Source: an uncultured Candidatus Saccharibacteria bacterium (GTDB taxonomy: Bacteria > Patescibacteriota > Minisyncoccia > Phycocordibacterales > DAORIS01). From it: a stretch of DNA of 40,425 bases. The notes beneath the pieces are model-generated. The model made no database searches, had not been told where the DNA came from, and saw nothing but the letters and a program-made list of their open reading frames with translations. The position numbers were made by a program, and so were the translations under genes. The stretch lies in contig CAZXUH010000001.1 of NCBI GenBank assembly GCA_964644035.1, forward strand, positions 527,720-568,144, in the 5' to 3' direction. Below, piece after piece: positions 36,295 through 40,425 of the stretch (within the stretch, counting starts at the first letter, position 1; every line of letters begins with the position of its first letter).

Positions 36295-37824
36295 ATGAAC
36301 ATAAAAACAGTACTTATCTACCTCGCTCTCTCGGGGCTAGTCGGTGTAGCCGTAGGTTATTTCCTACGTGTTCTTGTCGCACTTGGTAAAAAGGGCTCAG
36401 CTGAGATAAAAATCAAGGAAATGCTTCTTGGTGCCAAGGAAGAAGCCAAGCATATTGTCGAAACAGCCAATGAACAGAGTGCTGAATTGGCAAAAGAAGC
36501 TCGTCTAGAGATAAAGGAAAAAGAAGAAAAGATTCAAAAGACCGAAGAACGTCTTATTAAGAAAGAAGAGATTCTCGATAAGCGTCAAGTCGATATAGAC
36601 ACAGAAGTAGGTCAGATAAAGGATAGAATCAATGAAATTAAGGCTATAAAAGAGCGTGCCGATGAATTGCTCAATGAACGTTCAAGGGAAATTGAGAAGA
36701 TTTCCCAAATGTCTCGTGATGAAGCCAAGGAAAAGCTCATAGAAGACATACAAAAGAAGGATCAAGAGGATATTCTTGCCCGAATGCAGAAAATAGAGAC
36801 AGCCGGAGCAGAAAAATTTGAATTGAGAGCGAGAGAAATAGTGCTCAATGCCATACAGCGCCTCGGCACATCGGTATCTGCGGACGTAATGTCTACAAGC
36901 GTCGCTATCCCCTCTGAAGAGATGAAAGGTAAGATCATTGGTAAAGAAGGAAGAAATATCAAAGCCTTTGAACGTGTTACCGGCGTAGAAGTTATTATCG
37001 ACGACACCCCAAACTCAATTACCCTCTCATCTTTCAACCCAGTACGACGTCATATTGCCAAGACAACGCTCGAATATCTCTTGGCCGACGGTAGAATACA
37101 GCCTGCAAAGATAGAAGAGATGCATGAAAAGGCTAAAAACGAGATAAATAAGGTTATCAAGGAAAAAGGAGAGCAGGCAGTATACGAATGTGGTGTATTC
37201 AACCTTGATCCTAGAGTAGTTCTTATCCTTGGACGATTACATTTCAGAACAAGCTACGGTCAAAACGTTCTTCAACACTCAATAGAGGTTGCACATATCG
37301 CCGGAATGATAGCGAGCGAGATCGGAGCCGACGTAAACATAGCAAAAGCGGGTGGATTGCTACACGATATCGGAAAAGCGCTCGATCATGAAGTTCAGGG
37401 TACACATGTAGAGATCGGAAGAAGGATTCTACAGAAATTTAATGTCTCAGAACTCGTAGTAAAAGCCATGCAGGCCCATCATGGTGAGTATCCGTACGAA
37501 ACACCTGAATCAATTATCGTTCAAGTAGCAGATGCCATCTCAGGAAGCCGTCCTGGGGCTCGAAAAGACTCTATAGAACAATATCTCAAGCGTCTTGAAG
37601 ACCTAGAAGCAATAGCCAATTCATTTAAGGGTGTCGAAAAGACCTATGCCCTCTCTGCAGGACGTGAAGTGCGAGTATTTGTAATGCCATCAGAGATTAC
37701 TGACGTAGAAGCAAAAAATATGGCTAGAGATATAGCTGTTCGGATCGAACATGAACTCAAATATCCAGGAGAAATCAAGGTGACTATCATCAGAGAGACC
37801 AGAATCATCGATTTTGCTCGGTAA
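36295..37824 (+). CDS. rny: Ribonuclease Y
   Basis: N-terminal TM helix, coiled coil, KH domain (GKIIGKEGRNIKAFE) and HD domain (LLHDIGKA). Confidence 0.93.
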   Translation: MNIKTVLIYLALSGLVGVAVGYFLRVLVALGKKGSAEIKIKEMLLGAKEEAKHIVETANEQSAELAKEARLEIKEKEEKIQKTEERLIKKEEILDKRQVDIDTEVGQIKDRINEIKAIKERADELLNERSREIEKISQMSRDEAKEKLIEDIQKKDQEDILARMQKIETAGAEKFELRAREIVLNAIQRLGTSVSADVMSTSVAIPSEEMKGKIIGKEGRNIKAFERVTGVEVIIDDTPNSITLSSFNPVRRHIAKTTLEYLLADGRIQPAKIEEMHEKAKNEINKVIKEKGEQAVYECGVFNLDPRVVLILGRLHFRTSYGQNVLQHSIEVAHIAGMIASEIGADVNIAKAGGLLHDIGKALDHEVQGTHVEIGRRILQKFNVSELVVKAMQAHHGEYPYETPESIIVQVADAISGSRPGARKDSIEQYLKRLEDLEAIANSFKGVEKTYALSAGREVRVFVMPSEITDVEAKNMARDIAVRIEHELKYPGEIKVTIIRETRIIDFAR

Positions 37825-37927
37825 TAGTCTGGAGAATAAGTCAATTGCGCAAAAAACGGCTTAATATATAATTATTTATGAAGGCCTACTTCAAAAGGTC
37901 GTCAGGTTATTATGTAATTATAATCAC

Positions 37928-38200
37928 ATGAATAAAGCAGACATCGTAGAAGCAGTCCATGGCAAACTTCAAGGCACCAAAGTGCAAGCTGAAGCAGTAG
38001 TCGAGACAGTTATCGAATCTGTAATTGGCGCACTAAAGAAGGGTGAAGAAGTTTCAATAGCTGGTCTCGGCATCTTCTCTGTAAAGAGGCGTGCAGCTCG
38101 CACCGCTCGTAATCCACGAACTGGTGAAGCTCTCCAGGTAGCAGCAATGAATGTGCCTAAGTTCCGCGCAGCTAAGGCTCTTAAGGACGCTGTTAAGTAG
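37928..38200 (+). CDS. hup: HU-family DNA-binding protein
   Basis: MNKADIVEAV...RTARNPRTGEALQVAAMNVPKFRAAKALKDAV. Confidence 0.93.
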   Translation: MNKADIVEAVHGKLQGTKVQAEAVVETVIESVIGALKKGEEVSIAGLGIFSVKRRAARTARNPRTGEALQVAAMNVPKFRAAKALKDAVK

Positions 38201-38230
38201 TTTCGATAAAAAGTAAGCTTACTTTTAATA

Positions 38231-38256
38231 AAAACCCCTCATATGAGGGGTTTTTA
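38231..38256. terminator. Bidirectional terminator between hup (+) and tRNA-Gly (-)
   Basis: aaaaa-CCCCTCA-ta-TGAGGGG-ttttt. Confidence 0.7.
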
Positions 38257-38265
38257 TTATTCATG

Positions 38266-38336
38266 TGCGAGATGGGAGAATCGAACTCCCACTAGCAGTT
38301 TGGAAAACTGCAGTTCTACCATTAAACTAATCTCGC
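38266..38336 (-). tRNA. tRNA-Gly (anticodon UCC), no encoded CCA
   Basis: Hand-folded cloverleaf: GCGAGAT/ATCTCGC acceptor, GCAGT-TTTCCAA-ACTGC anticodon arm, GGGAG-TTCGATT-CTCCC T arm. Length 71 nt. Confidence 0.85.
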
Positions 38337-38404
38337 TTTAGCTAAAACTACGTCTTAGCGTTAGTAGAATATATCAATAATTCTGTCCTATCGCCAGTAT
38401 CGGT

Positions 38405-38728
38405 TTATTTACCAGCTTTTGAAACATCCATGGCATATTTCTTTGCCAAAGCTACTGCTGCATCAAAATTATCTTTATCCCCTACTCTATTTCTCTTTTC
38501 AAGAGCGCACACTTCACAACGATGCACTATCATGAAGTTATCTTTATCTTTTTCTACCTTTATAGGCTTCATGAGCCCTAAGCATGTAGCTAGTCTATCG
38601 CCTGGATCATTGTCTACATGCTTACTCCATAGACATGTAGGACAATGGTTGGTATATCCGTTGCCAGTTACGAACTGACTGCAGTTCTCACAGGTAAAAT
38701 CCTCTACTTTCTTTTGAAATTTCTTCAT
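38405..38728 (-). CDS. RNHCP domain-containing zinc-ribbon protein
   Basis: 107 aa with FTCENC...YTNHCPTCLWSKHVD...HRCEVC, the RNHCP-domain pattern. Confidence 0.7.
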   Translation of the reverse strand: MKKFQKKVEDFTCENCSQFVTGNGYTNHCPTCLWSKHVDNDPGDRLATCLGLMKPIKVEKDKDNFMIVHRCEVCALEKRNRVGDKDNFDAAVALAKKYAMDVSKAGK

Positions 38729-38743
38729 ATGTAACCAAAATTG

Positions 38744-38816
38744 TCGGAGTGCAGGGATTCGAACCCTGAGTCGCCTGTTCCCAAAACAGGAATGTTAGCC
38801 GTTACACCACACTCCG
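38744..38816 (-). tRNA. tRNA-Pro (anticodon UGG), no encoded CCA
   Basis: CGGAGTG/CACTCCG acceptor, CCTGT-TTTGGGA-ACAGG anticodon arm, CAGGG-TTCGAAT-CCCTG T arm. Length 73 nt. Confidence 0.85.
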
Positions 38817-38868
38817 AAAAGTAGACAAATACTAGCACGTTTCCCCTATTTAACAAATTTTAAGCAAT

Positions 38869-39255
38869 TTAAAGAATAACATCATCATATATTTGAAGTT
38901 TCGCCATCCTTGTCTCTTCGCTGATAATCACCGTATAAAGGTCAAATTGCCAAGAAGTCCCCTCCTGATTGAGCTTATGTATATGAAAATACAACTCAAT
39001 AGATCTTTTTAATCTCAGTATCTTCTTATAAGTAAGATTTTCCTCTGGTGAAACCCGCAAAAGGCTTGTTTCACGAATAACACGAGCTGATTTGACTTCT
39101 ATAAAGTGAAATACGCCCGACTTTAGGGCTACAAAGTCCAATTCCCCACATTTATATCTTACATTCCTAGCTACTATGTCAAAATGGTGATTTATAAGAT
39201 ACTTATAGACAATATTCTCCCCTAAGACTCCAATATGTAGATGATTGTTATTCAT
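38869..39255 (-). CDS. yraN: YraN/UPF0102-family (PD-(D/E)xK-like) endonuclease
   Basis: GENIVYKYLINHHFDIVARNVRYKCGELDFVALKSGVFHFIEVKS...WQFDLYTV matches the YraN pattern. Start at ATG 39255, because the ORF-track start at 39294 is a TTG. Confidence 0.75.
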   Translation of the reverse strand: MNNNHLHIGVLGENIVYKYLINHHFDIVARNVRYKCGELDFVALKSGVFHFIEVKSARVIRETSLLRVSPEENLTYKKILRLKRSIELYFHIHKLNQEGTSWQFDLYTVIISEETRMAKLQIYDDVIL

Positions 39256-39328
39256 GAAACAATCATTCCACAAGAGTGATGAAAAACCCCTCAAAAAGTA
39301 ATAAATGTTTCATAAATAACAAATTATC

Positions 39329-39350
39329 AATAGTTTCACGTGAAACTATT
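39329..39350. promoter_or_regulatory. 22-bp perfect palindrome (candidate dimeric-regulator operator) upstream of yraN
   Basis: AATAGTTTCACGTGAAACTATT centred on CACGTG, about 75 nt upstream of the yraN start. Confidence 0.4.
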
Positions 39351-39415
39351 TAAATTGGGTGATGCTAGCTCTATTTACCACCAAACCTATATTTAGAGCC
39401 ATATTATAAAATAGA

Positions 39416-39461
39416 CCTTTTAAAAGGACGACTTTGATAGGGTATAAAAGACTTAAAAGAC
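39416..39461. repeat. AT-rich short repeats: 12-bp palindrome CCTTTTAAAAGG and three TAAAAG(G)AC copies
   Basis: TAAAAGGAC at 39421-39429, TAAAAGAC at 39445-39452 and at 39454-39461 (the last two in tandem). Confidence 0.5.
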
Positions 39462-39488
39462 GTGTCCTTTATACACTTTTCCCCAGAC

Positions 39489-39531
39489 TTATCCACATTT
39501 GTTGACTACTGTAAAAGATATTTGTGGACAA
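39489..39531. promoter_or_regulatory. Pair of inverted DnaA-box motifs
   Basis: TTATCCACA (39489-39497) is a perfect consensus. TGTGGACAA (39523-39531) is TTGTCCACA on the other strand, with one mismatch. Confidence 0.45.
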
Positions 39532-39640
39532 CTTTTAAAATAGCCTTTTACACCAAGACGATAGGGAAACGTGTGATTAGAATTAGTTTTAATTAAAGAC
39601 AAATATAACTTTCAAACCCCTAAATAGCTGGACTATATGT

Positions 39641-39714
39641 TGGTGCGGGTAGGGAGAATCGAACTCCCGTCTCGTCCTTGGCAAGGACGCATTCTACCAC
39701 TAAACCATAGCCGC
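39641..39714 (-). tRNA. tRNA-Gly (anticodon GCC) with genomically encoded CCA
   Basis: CGTCC-TTGCCAA-GGACG anticodon arm, GGGAG-TTCGATT-CTCCC T arm, and a 3' ACCA. The acceptor stem GCGGCTA/TACCCGC has a C5-C68 mismatch. Confidence 0.8.
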
Positions 39715-39975
39715 GATTGCGTATTTATATCATGACTTCGTTAGAGGTAGAATAGCTGTATGGCAGATCAGTCAGGGAGCGAGCGGCTGCACGGAGCCCC
39801 CATTTGGCCTGAAGAGTCGAAAGAGGGCAGAAGAAGCGCAATTAGAATCGAGCTCTCAAGCGGGGCGGCACGGGTTGCTCTGGTTAGGGGAGCGGATGGT
39901 GTGATGCGAGTGCGCGTTATAACGCCCACAGCCGAGGTAGAGATACTTACCGTAGCAAGCCTCCCAAAAACCTAG

Positions 39976-40047
39976 TGCCCCCGCCAGGATTCGAACCCAG
40001 AACGACAGTTCCGAAGACTGTTGTGATATCCATTTCACCACGGGGGC
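39976..40047 (-). tRNA. tRNA-Arg (anticodon UCG), no encoded CCA
   Basis: GCCCCCG/CGGGGGC acceptor, ACAGT-CTTCGGA-ACTGT anticodon arm, CTGGG-TTCGAAT-CCTGG T arm with two G-U pairs. Length 72 nt. Confidence 0.8.
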
Positions 40048-40061
40048 GAGCGAGAAGGAAC

Positions 40062-40083
40062 ATGGAAATGCTAGCATTTCCAT
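40062..40083. promoter_or_regulatory. 22-bp perfect palindrome between the divergent tRNA-Arg and cca genes
   Basis: ATGGAAATGCTAGCATTTCCAT, flanked on both sides by direct GAGCGAG(CG) repeats (40048-40054 and 40091-40099). Confidence 0.4.
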
Positions 40084-40125
40084 ACTCTTCGAGCGAGCGC
40101 CTGAAAGGTTTCCTTACGGGGGCCG

Positions 40126-40425
40126 ATGTTGGCGTACAATGTACCAGTGAAATTCGCCATTCCTCATGAAGTAGCGCTGGTCGCCGATGGGCTTGAACAG
40201 GCGGGATATGAGGCGTATCTAGTGGGAGGCTGTGTGCGCGATCTTCTGCTAAAAAAGGCGCCAAAAGACTGGGACTTTACCACAAACGCGACTCCTGAAG
40301 AGATACAGAAAATTTTCCCGGATTCGTTCTACGAAAACGATTACGGTACGGTAGGCGTTAAGACCGACAGCGAAGACGCTTCTTTGGCGGTTATTGAAGT
40401 AACGCCGTACCGAAAGGAGAGCGGG
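40126..40425 (+). CDS. cca: CCA-adding enzyme / tRNA nucleotidyltransferase (PolyA_pol family), N-terminal 100 codons; 3' end lies outside the window
   Basis: Absent from the ORF track because there is no stop in the window. My translation from ATG 40126 is [64 protein letters not shown]..., which contains the GG.VRD....PKD.D signature. An in-frame TGA lies at 40102. Confidence 0.8.
   Translation, partial: MLAYNVPVKFAIPHEVALVADGLEQAGYEAYLVGGCVRDLLLKKAPKDWDFTTNATPEEIQKIFPDSFYENDYGTVGVKTDSEDASLAVIEVTPYRKESG

Noticed and set aside
39715-39975. Identification of the GC-rich spacer as RNase P RNA, SRP/4.5S RNA or tmRNA
   Set aside because: A scan by eye on both strands found none of the universal motifs: the P4 strands, the domain IV GGAA-loop consensus, or tRNA-like ends with a tag ORF. 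The call is left unclassified.
39760-40264. ORFs 39760-39975 (+), 39856-40083 (-), 39947-40264 (-) and 39975-40169 (+)
   Set aside because: Three of them overlap the tRNA-Arg gene and/or the antisense of cca. The 71-aa plus ORF has no convincing SD spacing (GAGG lies about 13 nt upstream) and sits in a GC-rich, structure-prone spacer, so it is treated as a possible RNA rather than a CDS.
1-40425. CRISPR arrays, rRNA genes, transposases/integrases, toxin-antitoxin pairs and classical defence genes
   Set aside because: I saw no regularly spaced direct repeats, no rRNA-like sequence, and no ORF with recombinase, transposase or known defence-domain motifs. The GC-rich cassettes therefore cannot be called mobile elements on present evidence.

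Overview
Low-GC bacterial window. Nearly all start codons lack a Shine-Dalgarno (SD) motif. Gene content fits a Candidate Phyla Radiation/Patescibacteria-type genome: no L30 gene between S5 and L15, extended S5/L23/S19, a trigger factor without a PPIase domain, a two-gene ComEC and a soluble VirD4/TraD-like ATPase. Left to right: infC(partial)-rpmI-rplT (+). Then a long minus-strand block with a beta-CASP MBL nuclease, ndk, the T4CP-like ATPase, and the spc/S10/str ribosomal super-operon (map, adk, secY, rplO ... rpsJ, tuf, fusA, rpsG, rpsL) preceded by an M50 protease. Then rpmB, the split ComEC with a Fe/Mn-SOD between its halves, rnhA, nusA, ppa, two secreted/membrane orphans, tig, rsmE, clpP, rny and hup. 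The right end holds four minus-strand tRNAs interleaved with RNHCP and YraN genes, and a partial CCA-adding enzyme that the ORF track misses. The main anomaly is a 321-aa ORF (15849-16814) on the opposite strand, more GC-rich than its flanks and carrying a strong SD, sitting exactly in the rplB|rpsS junction. It has its own near-consensus promoter, a 5' stem-loop and a bidirectional terminator, so the S10/spc transcription unit is cut in two. Its motifs resemble MYG1/UPF0160 (DHH-like) hydrolases. A second GC-rich, SD-bearing orphan (74 aa, 27455-27679) lies between the ComEC halves. Two more orphan genes with terminators interrupt rpsG-fusA-tuf. Other points: a structured S10-L3 spacer, an AT-rich tract with DnaA boxes and palindromes, and a GC-rich 261-nt spacer between two tRNAs that may be an unclassified RNA. 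No CRISPR array, rRNA, transposase or integrase was seen.
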